This document shows positions 1 to 12,200 of a stretch of DNA of 63,708 nucleotides, in pieces (position 1 is the first letter of the stretch; each line of letters opens with the position of its first letter). This DNA is from Thecamonas trahens ATCC 50062. Taxonomy: Eukaryota > Protista > Apusomonadida. Position numbers and translations under genes: made by a program. The notes beneath the pieces are model-generated. The model saw nothing but the letters and a program-made list of their open reading frames with translations, was not told the DNA's origin and did not search any database. Location: NCBI RefSeq assembly GCF_000142905.1, contig NW_013657651.1, positions 248,001 to 311,708 on the forward strand. The letters run 5' to 3'.

Positions 1-180
1 GCGGCCAAGAAAAAGCGCAAGCGCGAGGCCAAGAAGCAACGCCAGCGCGAGCGCAAACGCCAGAAAAGGCTCGAGAACATGCAATTCAAGCCGGCAGCGG
101 CTTCTGCTCTGCCCGCCAAGCCTCCTACAGCGATACCAGACGCTGCGCCTACGGCAGCAGACCAAGAACCCGCATCATAG
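1..180 (+). CDS. 3' end of a gene entering the window (basic K/R-rich C-terminal tail)
   Basis: Frame 1 is open from base 1: AAKKKRKREAKKQRQRERKRQKRLENMQFKP...QEPAS, ending at TAG 178-180. Confidence 0.6.
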   Translation, partial: AAKKKRKREAKKQRQRERKRQKRLENMQFKPAAASALPAKPPTAIPDAAPTAADQEPAS

Positions 181-247
181 GTATGACGAGAAGACGTGTG
201 GTGTGTGTTTGTGTGTGTGTACGTTTGATGGGCCGATGTGCACCCGT

Positions 248-949
248 TCAGAGGGTAAAGACGACGGAAAAGCCGGCGCGGAGGTGAGGAAGCGTGGCCA
301 GCAGCTTGCCGTGGTCCCAGGCAAGCGGCGACGGGTCGATTCCCGAGTAGAGATCGTTAATGGCAGTGCGGAAGCGGGCGGCGTGGTCGTCAGAGGCATC
401 GTCGAGAGCAAACGATGACGACGCGAGCGCCTTGTCGACGACAGGCAGGTAGCCGCCAGCGTAGACCTCGACAGCGATGTGGTCGGCAAGGACCCAGCGA
501 TAACCGACGACGGCACCAATGTCGATGTCGAGCCACTGGGCCGAGTGATGGGCGGAGGACGCACCATCGCGGGTAGTCTCCGTCTCGGAGGTGGATGAAG
601 CCTCAAGCGAGAGATATGGCGAGATGTACGGACCCGTGGGAATGCGCGACGACAAGGGCGGATCTGATGCGGCAAGGAAGTGCTTGAAGGCGAGGATGAC
701 AGAGAGACCCATGCGCGAACGTGAGTACACCTTCTGAGTAATGGGCTCGATCCGGGTAAATAGTGTCGAGGGCAGGACGAGGGTGGCCGTCACCGCCGCC
801 GTCGTCGTCCGCTTGGCCAACCATGCGGAGACCACGCCAGGCAGGGCGTCGGCAAGGGCATTCAGCGCACCAGTCGGGCCATCAACAGTCTGCTCATAGC
901 TTCCAGAAATAGTTGCACATGCGAGAGAGAGAGGCGCCAGCGAGTACAT
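248..949 (-). CDS. Putative beta-barrel membrane protein (DUF3575-like pattern); true start uncertain (ATG 949 or further upstream)
   Basis: Amphipathic beta-strand motifs APLSLACATISGSYEQ, GPYISPYL, IGAVVGYRWVLADHIAVEVYAGG, and C-terminal LRAGFSVVFTL. Confidence 0.55.
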   Translation of the reverse strand: MYSLAPLSLACATISGSYEQTVDGPTGALNALADALPGVVSAWLAKRTTTAAVTATLVLPSTLFTRIEPITQKVYSRSRMGLSVILAFKHFLAASDPPLSSRIPTGPYISPYLSLEASSTSETETTRDGASSAHHSAQWLDIDIGAVVGYRWVLADHIAVEVYAGGYLPVVDKALASSSFALDDASDDHAARFRTAINDLYSGIDPSPLAWDHGKLLATLPHLRAGFSVVFTL

Positions 950-1280
950 GCTTGCAGGGTGGCCGTAGATGTGGCGTTGAGAGGAGTGGGTGTGCAGGTG
1001 CTGTTCGGTATGAGGACAGCAGAGACAGGCATGAGGATGAGTCGGAATGGCCATGCCGATCCCATCCCATTGCACATGTCTCCATCTCGATCATTCGTCT
1101 AGCTCCAGATTCGACTATATCCACATGTTATTGCTTGCCCAGGCATGGGCAGGTGGGGGGGGGGGGGTCGTCTGGGCGCAGGGGCTGGTCAAGTCGATCC
1201 GCCCTTCCCCTCCCCCCTCCCCCCTCTCCTCCTCTTCGTAAACGCTCTCCATACCTACACTCCTCTCTCTCTCCAGCGTC

Positions 1281-2393
1281 ATGGGAAAGGACGACGCATT
1301 TAGATCTCCCTGGGTGTGGGGTCCAGTGCTGTTGGGGGTTGTGGGCGTGCCGGTGGTGGCGTTTGCGGCAGCGGGCGTGAGGGTGGCTGGCCACGGCCCA
1401 GAGCTGAAGCTTCCGTTCCCGTCGGCGGTCGCCTCTCTGTGCTTGCCTTCCGCGCTGAGCGGAGCATGCACCTATCCGGCGGCAGCGTACGCCTTTGTTG
1501 GCATGCTTTTGTTCTACATTGGCTTCTCCACTGTCTTGCAGCTTGCGTTCTACACCGCTGCCGCCAAGCAAGAGACCCGCGAGGCCCGGGCAGCGGCAGC
1601 GTCGGCCTGGCGCACCGCTGGCGCGGCCGACGCCTCGTCGTTCATTGTCGACACGCCGGAAGACTGCATGGTCTGGTGGCTGCCGGCTCGCGCTGCCGCC
1701 TTTGCTTCCAAGCGGCGCATCGCTCAGCATCCAGTCTTTGCCTCGGTCAATCTGCTCACGTCGGCCCTCGCCGCCGCCGGCCTAGTCCACATCGTCGTCG
1801 CCGGCGCCTCGTACATGGTGTGGCCATGGGACTCGGCGCGGAGCCAGGCGTACGGTCTGGCTGTCGGCACGACAGCGGCGGTGCTTTCGGAGCAGCTTGC
1901 GCAGTACCTTTGGCATCGGGTCATGCACATTCCCTGGTTCTACGCCACCTTTCACAAGTTCCACCACAAGGCCCGCAACCCTTCGGCGTTTGATGACCTC
2001 CTTATCCACCCGCTCGAGGCCATCGGCTTCTACCTGATCCTTTTCGCGCCGCCGGTCCTCTTCTCCATCCACATCTTTGGCTTCCTTGCCTACTTTGCCA
2101 TGCACGGCGTCTCAGGCGTCCTCGACCACTCGGGCATCACCGTTCGCCTTGGCTCGTGGTACTCGACGGTTGACCACGATTTGCATCACAAGCTTGTCAC
2201 TGCAAACTACGCCACCCCGCTCATGTACTGGGACCGCATCTTTGGCACCTACGTTGGCGAGCACCATCCCGCCGGCCGGGCACACATTGCCCGGGCTCTC
2301 ACGCCAGCGGCGGCGGCGAGCCGCAACTTGGCCTCGACGCCATCGTCATCGCCCCGCACCTCCCTCGTTCACCGGCGGCCGCGCCGCGATTAG
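1281..2393 (+). CDS. Fatty acid hydroxylase / sterol desaturase superfamily membrane protein
   Basis: His boxes HRVMH, HKFHH, DHSG and HDLHH; C-terminal ANY..PLMYWDRIFGT motif; several TM segments. Confidence 0.9.
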   Translation: MGKDDAFRSPWVWGPVLLGVVGVPVVAFAAAGVRVAGHGPELKLPFPSAVASLCLPSALSGACTYPAAAYAFVGMLLFYIGFSTVLQLAFYTAAAKQETREARAAAASAWRTAGAADASSFIVDTPEDCMVWWLPARAAAFASKRRIAQHPVFASVNLLTSALAAAGLVHIVVAGASYMVWPWDSARSQAYGLAVGTTAAVLSEQLAQYLWHRVMHIPWFYATFHKFHHKARNPSAFDDLLIHPLEAIGFYLILFAPPVLFSIHIFGFLAYFAMHGVSGVLDHSGITVRLGSWYSTVDHDLHHKLVTANYATPLMYWDRIFGTYVGEHHPAGRAHIARALTPAAAASRNLASTPSSSPRTSLVHRRPRRD

Positions 2394-2446
2394 GCCTTCC
2401 CAGCTCCATTCGCTGCCATCATTGTCAATCGCCACCCCAGCCTTAT

Positions 2447-2933
2447 CCCTTTACGGTACGGAATGGACAAATTTGTCCATCGCACAAGCCGCGCTCCGCG
2501 ACGGCGCTCGCCGGCGCGTTTGCGTCGCGCGACATGCTCGTCCTCGACAAGGTCCTCACGGCGCTCAGAGTCAACGCTTACTCGGCACGCGCCGAGCGGG
2601 TGGCGCTCAACTCCAAGTACCAGCAGCAGAAGGGCTCGACGGAGCCCGAGTTTGCCGAGAAGAAGCTCCACCGCGAGCTCGCACGCGTCTCGCTGGCCAG
2701 CTGCCTGGTCGTTGTCGCCGGCGATTACGAGCCCAAGCCCAGCGACCGCCTCAAGGGCCAGGGGAGGGTGTCGATTGCCGACATCGTCGCCTCGTTCATC
2801 GCCAAGGGCGACCCCAAGCTCTCAACCAAGCTCCCCGAGTGGCAGCGCCGGCCGGTGAGCTGGAAGTCAAGCATCATCGAGCTGTTCACTTTGAGACGCG
2901 CGACAACGGTCCGAACGACCGTACCGTTTAGGG
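2447..2933. mobile_element. Non-autonomous piggyBac-like element (487 bp) with TTAT target-site duplication
   Basis: TTAT (2443-2446) precedes CCCTTTACGGTACGG (2447-2461). CCGTACCGTTTAGGG (2919-2933) is followed by TTAT (2934-2937). The TIRs match at 13/15 with CCCT...AGGG ends, and there is a subterminal 18-bp palindrome ATGGACAAATTTGTCCAT at 2463-2480. Confidence 0.75.
2462..2930 (+). pseudogene. Protein-coding fragment inside the element, possibly a Fanzor1/TnpB-like remnant
   Basis: Open frame LDKVLTALRVNAYSAR...EKKLHRELARVSLASCLVVVAGDYEPKPSDRLKGQGRVS resembles, from memory, the bridge-helix to RuvC-II region of Fanzor1. No Zn finger or RuvC-III is present. Confidence 0.35.
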
Positions 2934-3248
2934 TTATCAGTCAACGCTCTGTCAGTGTTCCACGTTGCAAGCGCGAGTGCCCAGGCGCGCGCTGCCTTAC
3001 AACGCCCCCCGGTCCCCTACTAACACCACCACCACCACCAACCCGCATCCCCCACCCCAAGTCCCCTCCATCCTCCACCCTGCATCATCATCATGCCTCT
3101 GGCTCTCCCCTGCCTCCGTTCCCCCCGCACCTGTCATCAGACGGTGTCGCCGACCCGGCATGTCACCACCGCCCAACCTCCCCACTTTGCCACTCAACAC
3201 GCGCCAAGGCCAAGCCACCCAAGTCTTTGGCACAGCTCTCGTGGGACC

Positions 3249-6200
3249 ATGTCGGGGTGGACTCTGACACAGACGGCCATAGTGGCACTGACGCTACTTG
3301 CAGCCTTTGCCCATGGACAGCCTAACTCTTGGGTCCAGCTCTACGCCAATGATGCTTCTGCAACCAGCCGACCTTCGCCTCGCTCGGGTACGTCGCCGCC
3401 TTTCCCGCCATCTTGGCGCGTTCTTTGGGTGCCGACCCCGCCCCCCCCCCCCCCCCCCCCCGGCCCCGCCCTCCCCCCCTTCCCCTCATTCGCTCCACCG
3501 TCCTTCCCCTGCACCACCCACTCACACTGACATGGTGGTATATGTGTAGGTGTCCTTGCTGCGGGGTACAACTCGAGAATGTATATGTATGGCGGTGGAC
3601 CCGGGGTGACGTCGTCGGACATCTGGTCGTTCCCGCTCTCGGTGAGCACCCCACCCGCCGTCCCGGCCTTCACCAGGCATACACCGACGGCGGCGGCGTC
3701 GCTGTCGTCGGTCCCGGCAGCATCATCGGGGCATGTTGGTGCTGCTATCGGGAACACCCTCGTCTCGCAGATCTCGGCCTCGCAGCGCAAAATCGGCCTG
3801 CTCAACCTCGACACCATGGTCTGGCGCCGCGGCTACGACCTCCCGCTGGCCATTACCGACGCCGCCATGTCGTACACATCGACAATCTCCAATCTAGCTT
3901 GGCTCTCGGCTGGCCGGACACCGCTTGGGACCGCACTTGATGCAGTGTACTCGTACGACGCTGCCATTGACACCGGTCCGCTGGGCGACTCGCCGTGGAC
4001 CTTTATCGACCGCCCGGGCGGCGCGGCATGGATGGAGCGGCGGTTCCTCCACTCATCGACGATGTGCAACTCGTCGCTGTACATCTTTGGCGGCAAACTG
4101 TTTGGCTCGCCGCAGCTTCCGAATCAGGACCTGTGGCGGCTGGATGTCGACACGCTCACCATGTCGCAGGTGTTCAACCCGGCGTCGGCGCTGCCGCCGG
4201 CCCGCGCGGGGCCGTTCTTGTCTGCGCAGAGCCGTACATGTATCTATTTGGCGGCTTTGACGACACCACCTCCTCGGTCATCTACCACTCGGACGTCTGG
4301 CGCTACTCGTTCCTCACCGAGACCTGGGTCGAGATGGGAAGCAAGGCTAAGGCCGGGACCCAACCTTGGCCGACCGGCCGAGCCTCACCGGCCTGCGTCA
4401 AGTCACAACTTTACATCTACTGCTTTGGCGGCTACGACGCCGCATCGGCAAACAACGAGCTCTGGGCCTACCAGTTCACCCGCAACGGCCCGGCCGTTGC
4501 CTCGTTTGTTGCCAACGACCCCGATGATCTTGACGACGTGTATTCCGTCGGCGACACGCTCACACTCACTTTCACCGAGGCCACCAACCAGCCACCCGTT
4601 GACACCAAGGACAGCATCGACGCTCTGCTGGCGTTTTCATCGGCGCTCGGGACAAACTACACCGGGACATGGATCACTCCGCTCGACCTTGTCATCACTG
4701 TCATCGACCCGACCGGTGCGAGTGGTAACTCGGCGCCTGCCATCGGTGTCGCCTCGGTCACTATCCTTGCTTCAGGCAACCTCCGCTCGGCCGACCAGAC
4801 TTCTCTGGCGTCGACGGCTGCATCTGGGCCGATCACGGGCGATTGGGGCATTCCACCTGGCCCGCGAGTGATCTCGTTTACCGCCGACGATCCCGATGAT
4901 GCAGACGGTGTCCTCTCCAACGGCGATGTCCTCATTGTTGTCTTTAGCGGTCCGACGTCGCGGCCCAAGGTGGCAACGACCGGAGACATCGACCTTCAGT
5001 TTTCGTTCTCCAACTCGCTCGGCACTTCGTACGCCGGCTCATGGAGCTCGGACTCGGTCCTCCGCATCGAGCTCCTCGACACTACCGGAGCCGACATGGT
5101 CATCGGCCTTTCCACCATCCGATGCATTGGCAACTTGACCAACTCGGCCAAGACCTCACGGTTTTGCAACACCGAGTCGCCGGCGCTCGGTGGCGACTGG
5201 GGCCTGCTGCCCGGTCCGGCCTTTGTCTCAGTTGTCGCTGACGACCCAGACGATGCTGATGGCATCTACTCGTCGGGCGACACGCTGACGCTGACATTTT
5301 CCGAGGCCACGAACCGCCCGCCGGTAGGCACCCTCACCCAGATCAACCACCTGTTTCGGTTTATTCCAGCGAGTGCGTCGACGCCGACGCTTGCGCTCGG
5401 CTCGGGCGCGACGGGTGTGTGGACAACCCCGTCGACGTTGGTCATCACCATCACCGACGTGGCGTCGGCCTCGACCGCCATCCGCGACCTTGCGTTTCGG
5501 GTTGTGGTCAACTCGGCGACGGCGCCGTATCTGCGGAACCAGGATGGGTCGTCGCTCCCGTCGTCATCGCAGTCGCCGGCCGCTGGCGGCGACTGGGGCA
5601 CTGCGCCTGGTCCGTACATAATCTCGATTGTGGCCAACGATCCCGACGACGGCGACGCACTGTACTCGACTGGCGACACGGTGACGCTTGTGTTCAACAC
5701 TTCGACCACAGTGCCGTCGATCAACAGCAAGGCCGAGGTCGATACCTACTTTGCGTTCTCGACTCCGCTCGGACTGGACTATCGCGGAACGTGGCTCAAC
5801 GGGACAATGGCGGTACTCACCATTGTCTCACCGGTCACATCTGATCCCAAGCCGACCATCGGCTCGTTCACTGTATCGATCAAGCCCTCTGGCGGCTTGC
5901 GCTCGGCGCCACCCACATCAGCTCTTGCCACCGGAACCTCGCCGCCGCTGGTGGGTGACTGGGGCCTGCTTGCCGGACCGGAGCTGGTGAGTGCCACTGC
6001 CAACGATCCCGACGACGCTGATGCGGTGTTCTCGTCTGGCGACACACTCACGCTTGTCTTTTCGCAGCCGACCAACCAGCCGAGTGCCAGCTCCAAGGCC
6101 GCCTTTGACGCCCTCTTCGCCATCTCGAACACCACCTCGCTTGGCTCGGCGTACGCCGGCTCGTGGTCGTCGGCGAGTGTCTTGGTAGTCACCTTTTCGA

Positions 6201-9200
6201 CAACACCGAGCAACCCGAGCGACGGACCAAAGCTCGGGGTCTCTGTTGTTTCGGTCATCGGCAGCCTGACCAACGCAGCCGGAACATCACTTCCGTCGCG
6301 TTCGAGCTCGCCGCCGCTCGCCGGCGACTGGGGCCTGCTGCCCGGACCGACCATTGTCGGCTTTCTTGCCGACGACCCGGACAACGCGGACGGTTTCTAC
6401 TCGGCGGGCGACACGCTGACCATCTCGTTTTCGATGTCAACCAACGTGCCGCCAGCGTCGACCAAGGCGCAGCTTGACGTGCTCTTCTCGTTCTCGCAGT
6501 CGCTAGGCGCTGACTACACCGGGGTGTGGTCGACGCCGTCTGTGCTGGTCATGACGGTCGTCGATCCCACCGGGGCCACACCGCCGGGCATCAACGTGCT
6601 CACAGTGACGGTGATCGGCGACGTGCGTGACGCGTCGTCGCGGACTCTGCCGTCGCGCGACGTGTCGGACCCGATTGTCGGCGACTGGGGCCTCGGCCCG
6701 ACGTGCTCATTTAGCGATTGCACCTCGTGCACGGCGGCAAGCCAGTGCGGATGGTGCGCGGCGACTTCGCAGTGCGAGGTCGGTAACGCCGGCGGCCAAG
6801 CCTTTGGCTCGTGCCCGGCGTGGCAGTACTCGGAGTGCGTGGCGTGCAACTCTTCGTCGTGCTCGGCTTGTCTCGCCAACGCCGACTGCGGATTCTGTGC
6901 TACCGGGCCGGCTACATCTCCGAGCTACGAGTGCTCGTTTGGATCAGCTGCCGGTCCATACGCCGGCTCGTGTGGCGGCGTGTGGCACTCGGGGACGTGT
7001 CCAGGCGCGTCACTTGCGGCGCCTGTACCGCCGCTCCCGCTCAGCGTCTCGGAGGCCGGTGCGACCGCCAACTTTGAGCTGGTCCTTGACGCACAGCCTT
7101 TGGCGCCTGTTGTGGTCATGCTGGGGACGTCAGATGCAACCGAGGGCTCGCCGTCGCCAAACTTTCTGGTCTACGACGAACTCAATTGGAACGTGCCACA
7201 GAGCGTGGTGCTCACACCCGCCGATGACAACGAAGCTGACGGCGACGTGAGCTTCTCAGTTGTGCTTGGGCCTTTCCTCTCCGACGACCGGTCGTACTCG
7301 GACACGGTCGACGATCCGGTGCCGGCGGTGTGCCTTGACAACGATGTGGCCGGGCTGTCGCTGGCCTTTGGTCCCGGCATTCGCAACACGTCCGAGGCCG
7401 GCGGCAGTGGGACAACGGTTGAGACCCGCGTCTCGCTCACGTCGCGACCCTACGGCCCGGTCTCGGTGTATGTTGTTGTCGACGACGCAAGCGAAGGCGT
7501 AGTTGTCTCGCCGGCGATGCCGATTGTGTTCCCTGCCAGCGCGTGGTCTTCTCCGGTGGCGGTCCAGATTGGCGGCGTCGACGACAGCGTCGACGACGGC
7601 GATGTGACGTTCAACGTCCGGGCCGAGACGTACGGGGCGGCGTCAAGCGATGTGGCGTACCGTAACCTAGTGTCTCCGCCGCTGCAGCTGTACAACATCG
7701 ACGACGACACCGCGGCGCTCCTTGTATCCGCACCGGGCTCGACGGTTTCCGAGGCTGGGACGGGGACCTCGTTCACGGTGGTGCTCGGCTCACAGCCGAC
7801 GGTGAGTGTGACGTCGTTCCCGCTGCAAGCGCTGGACTCTTCCGAGCTTGCACCGGCTCCGGGCTCACCGTCGCTTCTTGTCTTCTCGCCGTCGGACTGG
7901 AACGTGCCGCAGACGGTGAGCGTGGTGGGCGTTGACGATGCGGCGGCGGACGGCCCACAGACGACTGGCTTCCTGGTCGGCCCTGGCGTTTCTGCCGACG
8001 ACAAGTACGACGGACTCTCGCAAGTGGTGATGGTGACGACTGAGGACAACGACGTGATCGGGATTTTGGTGACGCCGGTTTCTGGGCGGGTGACCGAAGA
8101 CGGCGGAACAGCCAACTTTCGGGTGTACCTCGGCTCGCAGCCAATGTGACGATCACAGTCTCGAGCTCGGACCCGAGCGAAGGCACAGTGTGGCCGACGG
8201 TGTTTACTATCACACCGAGTGGGTACTCAGCAGGCGTCGAAGTTGTGGTGACCGGTGTCGACGACGCCATCACCGACGGCGATGTTGCATTCAACATTGA
8301 CTTTGCAGCGGCGGTTTCGTCGGATGGGGCGTACTCGGGCTTGACACGTGCACCTGTGACACTTGTGTGTTACGACAACGACGTACCAGGAATCTACGTC
8401 TCATCACCGTCGGGCTTTACGTCCGAAGCCGGTTCGTCTGCCACGGTGACGGTCTCGCTGATGGCTGCGCCGTCGGCGTCGGTGACGGTCAACGTAGCGT
8501 CGTCTCGGGTGGACGAGGCGACGGTCTCGCCGTCGTCACTCCTTTTCTCAACCTCGGACTGGTCGTCGCCACGTGTGGTGACCATGACCGGGGTGGATGA
8601 CTTGTATCCGGACGGCAACCAGGTGTACACCGTGACACTGACGGCGTCGTCGTCAGACGCTGGATACCAGGGTCTCTCTGTGGTGTTCAACAACACCAAC
8701 ATCGACAACGATGTAGCCGGCCTGGTGGTGACACCGCTCTCGAGCCCGGCGTACACGACGACCGAGACTCCGGGCTCAACGTCATTCACCAACGTGGGCG
8801 TGGCGCTGAGCTCGATTCCACGGGCGCCAGTCAACGTTAGTGTTGTCTCGCGTGACGTGAGCGAGGGTCGACCTGTAGTCTCGTGGATCGTTTTGTATCC
8901 GGCGTCGTGGTCGACGCCTGAGCCGGTGACGGTGTATGGACAGGACGACTTTGTGGACGACGGGGACGTGAGCTACGCGCTCGACTTTGGCCCGTCGGTC
9001 TCTGGAGACGCGCTCTTCACTGGCCTCACAGCGTCGGCGACGCTGGTTAACAACGACGATGGCGACACGGCCGGGCTTGTGCTTGGCGGCGGGGGATCAA
9101 CCAGTGTCCCGCAGCTTGTGGACGAGACTGGGAGCTCGGTCACGTTCACGCTTCGCCTCAACTCGCAGCCACCGGCCGGAACCCAAGTTAACGTCGGGCT

Positions 9201-12200
9201 CACCTCGCTGGATGTGAGTGAGGGCCGGGTGGCACCGAGCTCACTTTCGTTTGACGTGGCGAGCTGGGACACACCGGTGGCGGTGACAGTGACCGGAGTG
9301 GACGACGCCTTTGCCGACGGCGACGTGCCGTTCAGCGTGCGCATTGGGCCGTCGAGCTCGACGCCGGCGTCCAACTACGACGGGCACACGCTCGACGCAC
9401 TGTTTGTCAACCGCGAGGATGGCGATTCGGCTGGCGTGAGCGTGACGGCGATGTCGGGACCGACGTACGAGGCGTTTGGCCACGCCGACGCGACCTTTAG
9501 CTTTGCGCTCACCTCGCAGCCATACTTTGAGGTGGTGATGTCTGTGGCCGTGTCGGACACGAGCGAGGCTCTTGTGCGCGACCCTGTGTCGGGCGCGCTT
9601 GTCTCTGACTTTGTGCTGCGGATCGATCCGGCGACATGGGCGACACCGCGGGTGGTGGCGGTTGTTGGAGTCGACGATGACGAGGCAGACGGAGACGTGG
9701 CGTACAGCGTGACACTTGGGCCGCTTGTCTCTGGTGACGGAGCGTACAACGGTCTGGGGCCTTACACTGTTGCCGGAATCACCATCAACGACGACCGGGC
9801 CGAGGTCTTTGTCTCTGCGCACAACTCGCGCGGAGTGGTGTACGAGGCCGACGCGCTGGCGACCGGCGGGTCGGGCGGCGGCGTGGTGTTGGACTTTGTC
9901 CTCACGTCACGGCCGTCGTCTCAGGTACGTGTCCCGATCTCGCTCCGCGACGCAAGCGAGGGTAAGCTCGGCGTTGCTGGCGGCCTTGGGTATGTACCGT
10001 GGAGTGATGGCGAGTTTGTGTTTGAGCCTGCCGACTTTGACGTTCCGCAGTCTGTGGCAGTCTTTCCGGTCGACGACACCGAACTCGATGGGGCGCAAGC
10101 GGTTGTGCTTGATATTGGTCCGCTGACGGCATCGGACGCGGTGTACTCTGGCCAGATTTCGAACTACTCGTGCGTCAACGTGGACAACGAGTCGCCAAGC
10201 CTGGTGCTCGTCAATGCTGGTGGCGTCATTGGTAACTTGACGGAGGCTGGAGGAACGAGCGAGCTCGTGTTTGTACTTGGTGGACCGCCGAACGCCGACG
10301 TCTCGTTCGAAGTGAACCTGTATGCGCGCGCCGCTGGCGGGTCCGGCATTGGCTCGACGGTGGCCGAAGCTGAGGTTGTGAGCGGCTCGCCACTTGTTTT
10401 TGGTCCTGCGAACTGGATGCTGCCACAGACGGTGACGTTGCGCGGGCTTGACGACGGTGTGCCTGACGGCGACGCTGACCTGCAAGTGCTTGTGGGCGGC
10501 GGAGTGAGCACCGACGCCCGGTTTTCCGGCATCTGGGCAGGGCCGTATCTAGTGTATAACCTCGACGACGATGCGGTGGCGTATGCCACGAGTGGCACGG
10601 TGCCCGTGGTGGTGTACGAAGCGAGAAGCGTGGCCGGCGGTGCAGCAGAGATTTCTGTGGCACTTGCGTCACGACCGTCATCGACGGTGTCTGTGCCTGT
10701 GGGCCTGAGCGGGTCTGCGGCGACACGGATGACGCTCGAGGCACCGCTGGGCGGAGTGCTGACGTTTACGGTGGCGTCGTGGTCGACACCGCAGCCTGTG
10801 CGGGTGTCTGTGGCGGACGATAGCCTTGTCAACGGGCTCGGGTTGGACCGGTTCTACATCTCGCTGGGGATGGCGTCGACGGCCGATGTCGGGTACGCAG
10901 CGCTGGGTGTTCGTGTCCTGGCTGGCTTTGTAGTCGACGACGACGGGAGCTTTGCGATGGTGGCATCCGCACCCGAACCGAGCTCGTCTACGTCCGAGGC
11001 CGGTGATGCTGTGCGGTTCGAGGTTCTGCCACGAGAGCCGCTTCTCGCAGCGCTGTCCGTGGAGGTAACCTCGAGCGACGTGAGCGAGGGCGTGGTGACC
11101 GCTGGAAGCCGGTGTGAGTTTGTGCCACCGGGAGCCGGAAGCTGGCTTGTGCCACACATGGTTGAGGTGACCGGCGTTGACGACCAGTTTGTGGATGGCG
11201 ATGTGAGCTACGCAGTGGCTGTTGGGCTCTCTGGGCTTAGCGTGGCGCTGGTCAACGTGGATGTTGGCGACGCGGTGGGCTTTGACGTGCAGCTCGGGGC
11301 CGGGTCTATGGCCGCGTCGATTGCGGAGCTGGCGACGTCCGAGTCTGGCGAGGGCGACGTGTTTACGGTGTCTTTGACGGCACAACCGTCTGGCGAGGTG
11401 CGTGTGCCTCTGGTGGCGAGTCCTGAAGGTGAGGTGCGGCTGCAGCCACCGTCGCTCCTGTTTACGCCACTGACGTGGGCGACGCCAGCGTCGGTGGTAG
11501 TCGTGGGCGTTGCCGACGAGGTGGCGGACGGCGATACGCAGTTTGTATCAGCTTTGGGCCGACGACGTCGCCCGATCCCGCGTGGGCAGGCATCACGCTA
11601 CGGAGTGACCAGGTTGTGGGCGGAACGAACGCCGACGTGGGCCGACCGAGCGTGGTCTCGATGGCGCCGGCGGTTGTTCCACTCTCGGGCGGGGTTGTGA
11701 CGGTGAGCGGTGCTGGTTTTGTTGAGGGCCTCTCTGTGTGGCTCAACGCGAGTTTGCCGAGCGTGGGCAGCCCCCCTGCACTTGGATTCTTTGCCGAGAC
11801 CGACGGGTCGTCTGTGGTACGGCCTGGCGGAGTGGAGCTTGTGGTGCTGGGCTCGACCGACGTGATGTTCCGGGCGCCAGCTGTAAGCTCACCGGCGACG
11901 GTGTGGGTGCGTCTGGTGAATCCGGACGGGTCGATCGCGGTTGCACCGGGCTCGCTGACATACGCGCGCGACTGCCCACAGGCGGGAGTGGTGGGAGTCG
12001 GCGATGAATGTGTGAGCTGCCCTGCTGGAGCCAAGTGTCCGGGCGGCAACGTTATTGTGCCGTTGCCCGGGTACTGGTCGCCCGGGCTCGGATCACAGGT
12101 TGTGGCGGCTTGCCACGATGCGTCGCGGTGTACAGGAGGCCCGTACTCGGGATGTGCGGCTGGATACTCGGGATGGCTCTGCGGATCGTGCGCTGACGGG

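Noticed and set aside
2934-3325. C-terminal half of the 263-aa ORF 2534-3325
   Set aside because: Read-through beyond the element's right TIR into C-rich 5' flank; it overlaps the start of the giant receptor gene in another frame.
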